Source: Octopus bimaculoides
Taxonomy: Eukaryota
Reading direction: 5' to 3'
DNA: 63,470 nucleotides
NCBI RefSeq assembly: GCF_001194135.2
Contig: NC_068983.1
Location: 109,380,563 to 109,444,032, forward strand
The position numbers were made by a program, and so were the translations under genes. The stretch's first letter is position 1; each line of letters starts with the position of its first letter. The notes below the pieces were generated by a model. It made no database searches. It saw nothing but the letters and a program-made list of their open reading frames with translations, and was not told the DNA's origin. Shown here in pieces: positions 11,628 to 21,780 of this stretch.

Positions 11628-12150
11628 GTTGGTGTGTGATTAAGAAGCTTGCTTCCTAACCATGTGCTCTTCAGTCCAATCCATGATGTCTTGGGCAAGT
11701 ATGTTTTACTACAGCTTCAAGGAAACCACAGCCTTCTGAGTGGATTTGGTAGATAGAAATTGAAAGAAGCCTGTTACATTTATATATATGTAGTGCTTAT
11801 TGCTCTGTTATGATCAGATCAACAAAAAAAGTACTCCATCCAGTGAAAGATAAATATCATTTAATATACACTATAAAGATAAAGATATATATACATGTAT
11901 GCATGTGAGTGGTTGCGTTTATGTGTACCCTTGTTGTGATATGTGATGGTTGTAAATGAGCATCATTGTTATATAAATGATGATGTTTGCTTCTAGTCTA
12001 TTGTGAAAAAGGGAGAAGTATTACCTTACATGGATACAGGTGAGGGTTGGCAACAAAAAGGGCATCTGGCCATAGAAAAACCTGCCTAAGCAAATTCCAT
12101 CTTACCCATGCAAGTATGAAAAACTGGACATTAAATGATGATGAAGATGA
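11628..12150 (+). mobile_element. tRNA-derived SINE with an RTE-derived 3' tail
   Basis: Head gtgtgattaagaagcttgcttcctaacc; tail ggcaacaaaaagggcatctggccatagaaa...cccatgcaagtatg...ttaaatgatgatga matches the LINE tail. Confidence 0.7.
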
Positions 12151-12699
12151 TGGGAAAATGATATTTTTAACGTTTGTCTTACCACCTATCAACTCCTTCA
12201 TGACCCACTCTTATTTTCCTTACATTCCCCCAAACTGAGACTCGCCATTGCACACGTTTTCCTCCATATTCACTATTCACTGCTTTCAGTTCAATCCACA
12301 TCTCTACTCTCTTATACTCTCCTTTCATACTCTCATGAATTTACTTAATTATTTGCCCCTATTTTCTCTCTATCAACCTTCTGATACTGCATCACTATCA
12401 TCCTTTTTACCTTTCCTCCTGGGGTAGCTATGTATCTCCTCTACAGTAAGGCACCTGTTCATGTCTCTTTTCCTGCTATAGTCTGCTAACAGCAAGTACT
12501 AAGCTACTGTCTCTAATACAGCCCACCCTCTACTCTCTGTCAAGATATCTTATCTTATAAGTTACTTCACTTGTGGTGGTGCACATCAAAAGTACCCAGT
12601 ATGCTCTGTAAAGTGGTTGGTATTAGGAAGTGCATCCAACCAGAGATGTCTTACCATAGCAAACATTGATGACCAAAGCAGCCTTCGGACTAGTCAGAT

Positions 12700-14060
12700 C
12701 TAGTCAAATAGCATGGAATACAGATATTACATCGTGGTAGTAATGATGAAATATACCATATTTTTCAGAATATATGACACACCATTTCTTAAATGACTCA
12801 ATCACTATATTTTTATTACTTCTTATATTTTCCCATGAATTGTTCACCCACATGCATAGCAGAGCAAGGATTGATCTTTTCCTTCTTCCAGTTAAAGTTA
12901 TAACAAAATCTTCCTGCTGCGTCCAGTTATTCAATTTCTCTCTCCTTAAATTCTTAAAGCGTTTGTTACAGAAACATTGCCAGATTGCAATTGATTTATT
13001 AAACAGCCAGTTGTATTTCTAAATCACTAGCTTTTTCTCTCATTTTTTTCCCATCTTATGAGCTCTAAAGAAATACCAGATGAGGAGAGAAGGCTTCTTT
13101 AATAAACCTTGGATGTTGCATTAAATTTTTTCAAACCAAAGTCGTAGTCTACCTTCATCCCTTCATCCTTTTCCATGTATAAGGACATAACCACTGCTGC
13201 ATAAATTACCTTTAGGAATTGTTTTCATTTTTAAAAATAACATTGGTGATAATTTTGTTCCATCTGCTCAGTCTGCTAGCACCACTGTATAATGTGATAT
13301 TTATATTTGATTAGTCCAATAGTCTTCACAGTAACAGTTTTAGTAATTTTTACATCATTTGTTCATTTGCTTGCAATATTAAATGTTAACTATGTTTCAT
13401 CCATGTTTGCTGTTTTAGACAATTCAAATGGAATTTCTTTTTTTAACTGTATAATAAATATACTTGTAAAAAGCACAAATTTTCATTTCCACCTGACTGC
13501 ACATTCTTTGGGTAACTTACGCTTTAGTTCTCATAACTAGACCTTTCTATTTCATTAACCAATAACACCATGATGCACGGCCAATAAAATCTTCTAGACT
13601 ATCATTTCATATGATCCTCTTTACTTCAAAATTATCATATTTGTAGAATTGATATTCCTTGCCTTCTCTAATTGAAAAAACATTCCTATAGTATATTTTC
13701 AAGATCTCGCTATTTTGCATTTTTTTCTCCAGAAATTGCACTTATCACTTTAAGTAATTTTCAATTTCCCTTCTTGAGTGAGCCAACAATGAATTATATT
13801 TATTTATCTATTTTTTGGTTGATGAGGACTAAAATATCTTCATTTCCATGGGGTTTTGCATAAATAATGACACCAAACTTGAATTTAGCAGTATAAGACA
13901 GTCTCTTCTCTTTAGACAACGTGAGGAGAGAAAAAAATAGAATGTAAAATAAAAGAATGAAAAGACTATTTTGCTCCCTAATATCTAAAATACAGTACTT
14001 TAGGTTTTGGCTATGCACCCAGCTTGATAGTAAGCACATGCCAAACTGATGAGTGGCCAA
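12700..14060 (-). pseudogene. Degenerate pogo (POGK/Tigger-like) DDE transposase with a Brinker-type DNA-binding domain
   Basis: Across frames: KRLSYTAKFK..IIYAKPHGN, ANMDET, ADGTKLSPMLFLKMKTIPKG, KPSLLIWYFFRAH, LCMWVNNSWENI..VIESFKK. Confidence 0.85.
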
Positions 14061-14264
14061 TAAAAACTGAGAAATGTATTAAGTGACTGTCAACACTAAT
14101 TGCATTAGGCACTTTGATTGGTCAACTCCATTGCTCATTTGAAATTTAATGCAAACACTCAAAAACGATTTTTTTTTATTTGTTGAAAAAGTTAGGCCTG
14201 AAATGTCATCCCACTCTGCATAAAACAGCAATCACTCTTTCCCCCTCATCCATTACCTTTATCT

Positions 14265-14660
14265 TTTATATTTACTAGTGTCAGTCATTAATCTGCTGCA
14301 GCCATGCTGGAGCTCTGCTTTGAAGAACTTTAGTCAAATGAATTGACACCACTACTTATTCTTTTAAGCCTGGTACTTATTCTATTGATCTCTTATGATG
14401 AATTGCTACATTATAGGTATGTAAACACACCAAGACTGGTTGTCAAGCAGTGGTGGAGGAAAAACACAGATAAAAAAGCGCACACAAACATAAATATACA
14501 TACAATGGGCTTCTTTTCTGTTTCTGTCTACCACATCCACTCACAAGGCTTTGGTCAGTCTGTGGTTAAAGTAGAAGACACATGCCGCATGCCCAAGGTA
14601 CCACACAGTGGTACTGGACTGGGAACCATGTGGTTGGGAAGCAAATTGCTTACCATACAG
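14265..14660 (-). mobile_element. tRNA-derived SINE, near full length (tail fragments also at ~10075-10135, 20640-20700, 23085-23165, 32395-32450)
   Basis: Same head and body as 11628 (gtggctgtatggtaagcaatttgcttcccaaccacatggttc) but a different tail (gcatggctgcagc..aatgactgac). Confidence 0.75.
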
Positions 14661-14820
14661 CCACGTTATAATTTGAAATTTTTTTTAAGGAGCACTATAA
14701 ACAGTTATGTTTTTGAAAGGAAAATACTGCTATTGTTATACATAATAAAATAGCACATTGACATGGAGTGTACTAGGCTTTTTTTATTTAAATAAATTTA
14801 CACAAAGATTATGTAAAACA

Positions 14821-14992
14821 TATCATCATCATCATCATTTAACATCAGCTTTCTGCTGGCATGGGTTGGACAGTTTGACTGAAGACTGGTCAGCCAGATG
14901 GCTGCACCAGGCTCCAATCTCATCTGGCAGAGTTTCTACAGCTGGATGCCCTTCCTAACGCCACCCACTCCGAGAGTGTAGTAGGTGCTTTT
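14821..14992 (-). mobile_element. RTE 3' UTR terminal fragment
   Basis: (cat)n followed by the conserved ggatgcccttcctaacgcca core. Confidence 0.8.
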
Positions 14993-15162
14993 ATATATAC
15001 AATAGAACCTCAGTTTTAAAACAACTCTGATCATGAATGAATTGTACTTTATCACCTGTCTTTCTCAAATTCATTTAAAACAATAGTACCTTGGTTTACG
15101 AACATCTCTGATCACAAATAAATCGTGCTTTATATATATCTATATCTATCTATATGTATATA

Positions 15163-16910
15163 GCCCGATTAAGGGTATGAAGACAGGGAAAGTCTCCGGC
15201 CCATTAGGAAACACTGGAGAGACGTTTAAAATATCTAGCAGTGTTGACTATAGTCTAGTCACCCGTATAGTCAACCAGGTGATACATGGAGTCATATCCA
15301 ATAACTAGTGTAGCAGCACCATAGTCAACTGCTTCAAATGTAAAAGTGACACATTAGATACAAATAATTATAGAAGTATCAGGTTGTTGGATCAGGTAAT
15401 GAAAGTCAGGGAGAGAGTCATAGCCCAACTAATTAGGAAGAGAATCGGTCTAGATGAGATGCAGTTTGGGTTTGTACCAGTGAAAAGCACCACTGATGCT
15501 ATATTTCTGGTAAGACAGTTGCAGAAGAAATACCTAGCCAAAGATAAACCTCTGTACCTGGCTGTCATTGACATGGAGAAAGCCTTTGACAGGGTCCCTC
15601 GATTCCTTATCTGGTGGTCAATGAGGAAACTAGGGATACATGAATGGTTAGTGAGAGCTGTACAAGCAATGTACAGGGATGATGTCAGTAAGGTGAGGTT
15701 TGGCAAAGAGTACAGTGAAGAATTCCGGGTAGGGGTAGGGGTCACCAAGGATCAGTCCTCAGCCCCCTCTTATTCATCATAGTCCTCTAGGCAATAACAG
15801 AAGAATTCAAGACAGGATGATCCTGGGAGCTTCTCTATTACTGAGTCATTATCAGAACTAGAGGAGAAGGTGGTGAGATGGCAGAAACATTAGCACGCTG
15901 GGCGAAATGCTTAGCGGTATTTCATCTGCCATTACATTCTGAGTTCAAATTCCGCCGAGGTCGACTTTGCCTTTCATCCTTTCGGGGTCGATAAATTAAG
16001 TACCAGTTATGCACTGAGGTCGATGTAATCGACTTAATCCCTTTGTCTGTCCTTGTTTGTCCCCTCTATGTTTGTCCCCTCTATGTTTAGCCCCTTGTGG
16101 GCAATAAAGAAGCAAAGATTAGAATCGAAGGGCCTTAGAGTCAACCTAGTAAAAACCAAAGTCTTAAGTAGGAAGGCAAACAAACCACAAATCTCTTCAA
16201 GTAGATGGCCCTGCTTGATCTGTAGAGAAAGCATAGGCAGAAACTCCATAAGATATTCCCGGTGTAAGCTATGGCCACATAAGAGAAGCAGCAATATCAA
16301 AGGAAGGACACAATATCAAATGATGGACACATAAGAGGTGAAGCAATATCAAAGCATCCTGAGAGAAAAGTTGGACTTAAGAAGCATCAGATGTGGTATG
16401 CAAGAGAGAAGACTGTGCTGGTATGGCGATGTGTTGTGAATGGATGAGGACAGCTGTATGAAAAATTGTCACACCCTAGCAGTTGAGGGAACCTGTGGAA
16501 AAGGTAGACCCAGAAAGACCTGGGATGAGGTAGTGGAGCATGACTTCGAACATTGGGCCTCACTGAGGCAATGGCAAGTGACAGCGACCTTTGGAGATAT
16601 AGTGCTTGAGAAGACCCGGCAAGTCAAGTGAGACCATAATGGTAGCCTATGCCAGTGGAATGTTAAAAGCACCATTTGAGCATGGCCAGTGCCACTGCCA
16701 CCTGACTGGCCCTCATGCTGGTGGCACATAAAAGCACCCACTACACTCTCAGAGTGGTTGGCATTAGGAAGGGTATCCAGCTGTAGAAACTTAGCAAGAT
16801 TGGATTGGAGCCTGGTGCAGCCTTCTGGGTTGCCAATCCTCAGTCAAACCATCCAACCCATGCTGGCATGGAAAGCAGACGTTAAATGACTACGACGATG
16901 ATGATGATGA
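15163..16910 (+). mobile_element. 5'-truncated, internally deleted RTE LINE (RT domain, C-terminus, 3' UTR, (GAT)n)
   Basis: LDQVMKV..QFGFVP.KSTTDAIFLVRQLQ..DMEKAFDRVPR; WPCLICRE; GKGRPRKTWDEVV; continues into the cassette UTR. Confidence 0.92.
15865..16112 (+). mobile_element. tRNA-derived SINE (Meta-like domain) inserted in the RTE RT coding region
   Basis: gagttcaaattcc B-box and gcctttcatcctttcggggtcgataaattaagtacc core; LINE reading SELEEK|...|KQRLESKGL resumes after it. Confidence 0.88.
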
Positions 16911-16952
16911 TTTATTCACGACCAGAGTTGTTCAAAAACTGAGGTACTACTG

Positions 16953-16993
<41 letters not shown>

Positions 16994-17532
16994 NNNNNNN
17001 NNNNNNNNNNNNNNNNNNNNNNNNNNNNNNNNNNNNNNNNNNNNNNNNNNNNNNNNNNNNNNNNNNNNNNNNNNNNNNNNNNNNNNNNNNNNNNNNNNNN
17101 NNNNNNNNNNNNNNNNNNNNNNNNNNNNNNNNNNNNNNNNNNNNNNNNNNNNNNNNNNNNNNNNNNNNNNNNNNNNNNNNNNNNNNNNNNNNNNNNNNNN
17201 NNNNNNNNNNNNNNNNNNNNNNNNNNNNNNNNNNNNNNNNNNNNNNNNNNNNNNNNNNNNNNNNNNNNNNNNNNNNNNNNNNNNNNNNNNNNNNNNNNNN
17301 NNNNNNNNNNNNNNNNNNNNNNNNNNNNNNNNNNNNNNNNNNNNNNNNNNNNNNNNNNNNNNNNNNNNNNNNNNNNNNNNNNNNNNNNNNNNNNNNNNNN
17401 NNNNNNNNNNNNNNNNNNNNNNNNNNNNNNNNNNNNNNNNNNNNNNNNNNNNNNNNNNNNNNNNNNNNNNNNNNNNNNNNNNNNNNNNNNNNNNNNNNNN
17501 ATACATAGAGTAATATGGTGCATATGTGTATA

Positions 17533-17762
17533 TCATCATCATCATCATTTAATGTCTATTGTCCATGCTGGCATGGGCTGAACAGTTTGACCAGGGCTGG
17601 TAAGCTGGAAGGCTGCACCAGACTCCAGTTTGATTTGGCATGGTTTTCTATGGCTGGATGCTCTTCCTAATGCCAACGAGCCATAGAAAACCATTCCAAA
17701 TAAGACTGGAGTCTGGTGCAGCCTTCCAGCTTACCAGCCCCAGTCAAACTGTCCAACCCATG
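17533..17762. repeat. RTE UTR copy folded back on itself (inverted arms 17572-17654 and 17680-17762)
   Basis: Arms of ~83 nt are near-perfect reverse complements around a 25-nt loop. Confidence 0.9.
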
Positions 17763-18192
17763 GCCAAATGTCTGTTATATTTACAGATGTGGGTTTGAGT
17801 GGCAAGAGTAGCTTTTGACTTTTTCTATCCAAAGAGTTTTTAAAATCAATTCACACACTATTAGTCACAGATGTATCTACTCTGAGTTTCAATATTCCCA
17901 TGAAGACATACATGCATACATAAATACACATATATATGTTGATTCACCAATGCCTTTGAACTTCTAGCAACATACCATAATACCACCACTATCTAGCTTG
18001 GAGCAAAATGTAAGTCTTATAACTTCTGAAACCTATTATGTCACCTGATGATGTATTGCGAGATGCATCGGATGTCATTACATCATTCCCCACCAACCAG
18101 GGAGCAGTGCATAAGGCAACTGAAACAACTGTTGAGCTAAATAAAGCTTCTAGTTACTCTGTCTTCTGTATCAATCATTTAGAATGAATACA

Positions 18193-18224
<32 letters not shown>

Positions 18225-18354
18225 CACGCACTCAGAAAAAATACATGGATGCTCAAATATGAATGCATCTGCACACATATCCTAAACAAACACCTATGTA
18301 TGATGTGTAGTAAAGTTGATTCCATTTCAACCTAATACCAACGGTTTTCATATA

Positions 18355-19288
18355 TTTTTTCGGTGCCCCTGACCTGGCTCTTGTGTGGGATTGTTGTAGG
18401 ATTTTCGAGCGAGATCGTTGCTGGTGCCCCTGGACTGGCTCTTGTGCGGGTGACACATGAGGTTTCTCGAGCGAGATGAGCGTGGCCGTTGCCAGTACCG
18501 CCTGACTGGCCTTCGTGCGGGTGACACGTAAAAGCACCCACTACACTCTTTGAGTGGTTGGCGTTAGGAAGGGCATCCAGCTGTAGAAACTCTGCCAAAT
18601 TAGATTGGAGCCTGGTGTTGCCATCCGGTTTCACCAGTCCTCAGTCAAATCATCCAACCCATGCTAGCATGGAAAGCAGACGTTAAACGATGATGATGAT
18701 GATGATGATGATGTTCNNNNNNNNNNNNNNNNNNNNNNNNNNNNNNNNNNNNNNNNNNNNNNNNNNNNNNNNNNNNNNNNNNNNNNNNNNNNNNNNNNNN
18801 NNNNNNNNNNNNNNNNNNNNNNNNNNNNNNNNNNNNNNNNNNNNNNNNNNNNNNNNNNNNNNNNNNNNNNNNNNNNNNNNNNNNNNNNNNNNNNNNNNNN
18901 NNNNNNNNNNNNNNNNNNNNNNNNNNNNNNNNNNNNNNNNNNNNNNNNNNNNNNNNNNNNNNNNNNNNNNNNTCGTAGGGTTTTCGAGCGAGATCGTTGC
19001 CAGTGCCCCTGGACTGGCTTTTGTGCTGGTGGCACATAAAAGACACCATTTCGAGCGTGGCCGTTGCCAGTACCGCCTGACTGGCCTTCGTGCGGGTGAC
19101 ACGTAAAAGCACCCACTACACTCTTTGAGTGGTTGGCGTTAGGAAGGGCATCCAGCTGTAGAAACTCTGCCAAATTAGATTGGAGCCTGGTGTTGCCATC
19201 CGGTTTCACCAGTCCTCAGTCAAATCATCCAACCCATGCTAGCATGGAAAGCAGACGTTAAACGATGATGATGATGATGATGATGATG
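18355..19288 (+). mobile_element. Two RTE 3' UTR copies (18355-18712, 18973-19288) either side of an N gap
   Basis: Identical from gagcgtggccgttgccag through the tail, including the flanking gttc. Confidence 0.8.
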
Positions 19289-19783
19289 TTCTATATACAA
19301 GATGACGTTGCATCAGTGGATCAACCACTCCTTTCACTGCATCCATTATGGTACATGTAGAATGTGAGCCCAGCTAGTAATCTCAGAAATAAGTATTATA
19401 TATAGTACCTGAAAGTTATGCTTCCATCACAATTTTAAGTTTGCTGTGCCATTGCATTATTCCATTTCATGCTAATTCTCTGCAGCTACCTTTGTTTCTT
19501 AATTACCTGTGCTAAGTGAGTCATATGTGATATAACAGTGGCAGATATTCAACTTAATTTCTTTTAGATTTCGTTTCTCAGCTTGATCTCAAAATGGGTC
19601 ACTGGCATGCTGTTCGGATGTGGGATATCCATTAACTCAAACAACACGTTTTGAACTTCTTGATAAGGATGGTATATCTGAATTATCTGTTGTGTGCTTA
19701 TATTCAAAAAGGCTGGGGTATTTTAGAAGGAACTACTGTGAGCACTTTATTGACATGTTAACACATTATTACTATTTTCATTA

Positions 19784-20110
19784 GTGGAGGCGCAATGTCC
19801 CAGTCGTTAGGGCAGCGGACTCGCGGTCATAGGATCGCGGTTTCGATTCCCAGACCGGGCGTTGTGAGTGTTTATTGAGCAAAAACACCTAAAGTTCCAC
19901 GAGATTCCGGCAGGGGATGGTGGTGATCCCTGCTGTACTCTTTCACCACAACTTTCTCTCACTCTCACTTCCTGTTTCTGTTGTGCCTGTAATTCAAAGG
20001 GTCAGCCTTGTCACACTGTGTCACGCTGAACATCCCCGAGAACTACGTTAAGGGTACACGTGTCTGTGGAGTGCTCAGCCACTTGCATGTTAATTTCACG
20101 AGCAGGCTAT
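19784..20110 (+). mobile_element. tRNA-derived SINE (third family)
   Basis: ggaggcgcaatgtcccagtcgttagggcagcggactcgcggtcataggatcgcggtttcgattcccag is a tRNA-like head with A and B boxes; no acceptor stem closure. Confidence 0.8.
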
Positions 20111-20280
20111 TCAAACAGATAAGACTGTTGGAAAAGAAAAATTCCTAACATCGGACTACAACAAGTAACATTAGATGCCAAGAACTCTCCTAAGTATCCT
20201 AGCTGTCCCTGGGATACTTTTTACTATCGTTACTATCATTATTATTATTACTATTATTATCATCATCATTATTATTATAA

Positions 20281-20500
20281 TCAAGGTGGTGAGCTGGCAG
20301 AATTATTAGTGTGCTGGATGAAATGCTTAACAGTATTTTGCCTGTTGTCACGTTCTGAGTTCAAATTCTGCTGAGATTAACTTTACCATTCATCCTTTCA
20401 GGGTTGATAAAATAAGTACCAGTTGGACATTGGGGTCGATGTAATCAACTCGTCCCCTCCCCACAAATTGCTGTCCTTATGGAAAAATTTGTAACCATTA
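20281..20500 (+). mobile_element. tRNA-derived SINE with Meta-like domain (fragment also at ~28850-28960)
   Basis: Homologous to 15865-16112. Confidence 0.85.
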
Positions 20501-21111
20501 TGATGATGATGATGATGATGATGATGAAATTTATATCAATATAGATTAGTTATAATCTCAAAAGAGAAGACTTTAAACTGATAAGAGAAAAATGTTTGCA
20601 GCTTCAGTACTAAATGACATGATAACCATATAAAATAATCTGGTAGTGCCCCAACATGGCCACATCCTTAGGGCTGAAACATATAAAAGAATAAAAGAAT
20701 ATAGTTTTGGCAAAGCTTATGAATGTATTAATAAGTGTTATACAGTCACACCTAACTTTGTTCAAAGTTGACATGATAATTATTCAGGTGTCACCCACTT
20801 AGTGAGGATGAATATAGTCTTATATAGAACAGGATAAATAAAACCATTAAAATCTTTACGTTCTTAACATCTTAAAATATAAATCCTAGAATGGATGTTA
20901 TTTTCCAGGTTTTAGTTAAATTCTACAAAGAAGAATCAATAATAGTAAACATGCCTTTGTATTTAATCAAAATAAATACTAATAGAGAAATTGTTTTTAA
21001 CATATTCTCAATGTCTGTGGTTTGCATCAAAACGAAATATTTTCTGAAAACTATTTTTTACTAGTTATTTATCATTTATATTTATATCATTAAATGAATT
21101 CTATACACAGT

Positions 21112-21780
21112 AATCTAGTTAAGAAGTTTACTTTGCAACCATCCTATTTTGGGTTCAATCCTGCCATGCAAAATCTTGGACAAGTGATTTCTAGTAAAGA
21201 TTGTTTGCCAACAACATGGCAGTCCTGGTTTAGGACGAAAGTTGCTGTAATTTAGCCCCAGGAGACATCGTCTCCTGCTGGCTATACAACATGATCTGTG
21301 TCTCTCATTGTGAGATTTAAAAATAGTAATTTTCTAATTTATAGATCAGTGACTAGTTGTCACTTTGAAAGCTATTTATTTCAAATGGGAATTTGGCAGC
21401 GCCACCTCTACCCGAGCAATTATTCTGAGCTGATTAAGGGAAATAACTAGGAAATCACGATACACAAATATTGTTTTGAGATGAGTAGGGGTGCTAGAGT
21501 CCCTTGTTTGAAAATATAAGGACAGCGATTGTGCCGTATAGCCAGCTGGAGACAATGTCTCTTGGGATAAATTACAGCAACATTTGTCCTAAGCCTGGAC
21601 TGCCATGTTATGTTGGCAAATAATATTTAATACGAAGTACTGTTGCTGAATATCTCTTGTGAGATTTAAAAATAATAATTCTCTAAGTGATTCCTACTCT
21701 AGCATTGGGTTGACCAATACTCTGTAAGTTGAATTAGTAGGCAGAAATTGTGTGGTGGAAATCCCTTGTGTGTGTATGTG
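21112..21780 (+). mobile_element. SINE split in two (21112-21195 and ~21690-21780) by a MITE
   Basis: The head matches the 11628 family up to caagtgatttcta; the body resumes at tactctagcattgggttgacc. Confidence 0.6.
21201..21623. mobile_element. MITE with ~95-bp imperfect TIRs
   Basis: aacatggcagtcctggtttaggacgaaagttgctgtaattt..ggctatac versus gtatagcc..aaattacagcaacatttgtcctaagcctggactgccatgtt. Confidence 0.8.

Larger units (their letters stand above)
15000..16952. mobile_element. Tigger/pogo-type TIR pair (43 bp, 36/43 identical, TA flanks) enclosing an RTE LINE
   Basis: Left caatagaacctcagttttaaaacaactctgatcatgaatgaat versus reverse complement of right cagtagtacctcagtttttgaacaactctggtcgtgaataaat. 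Confidence 0.7.

Noticed and set aside
16912-17581. Long ORFs in the track spanning N gaps or microsatellites (also 518-976, 18645-19209, 32920-33894)
   Set aside because: Artefacts of N runs and (CA/TG/TA)n translation
18030-18150. CUGAUGA and GAAACAACUGU motifs suggesting Penelope hammerheads
   Set aside because: The core halves do not assemble into one three-stem fold
19560-19715. Possible exon on either strand (minus: IIQIYHPYQEVQNVLFELMDIPHPNSMPVTHFEIKLRNEI*)
   Set aside because: The minus frame has a weak acceptor and no donor before the stop; the plus-strand exon has stops in all frames
19784-19860. tRNA gene
   Set aside because: No acceptor stem closure; it runs into a SINE body
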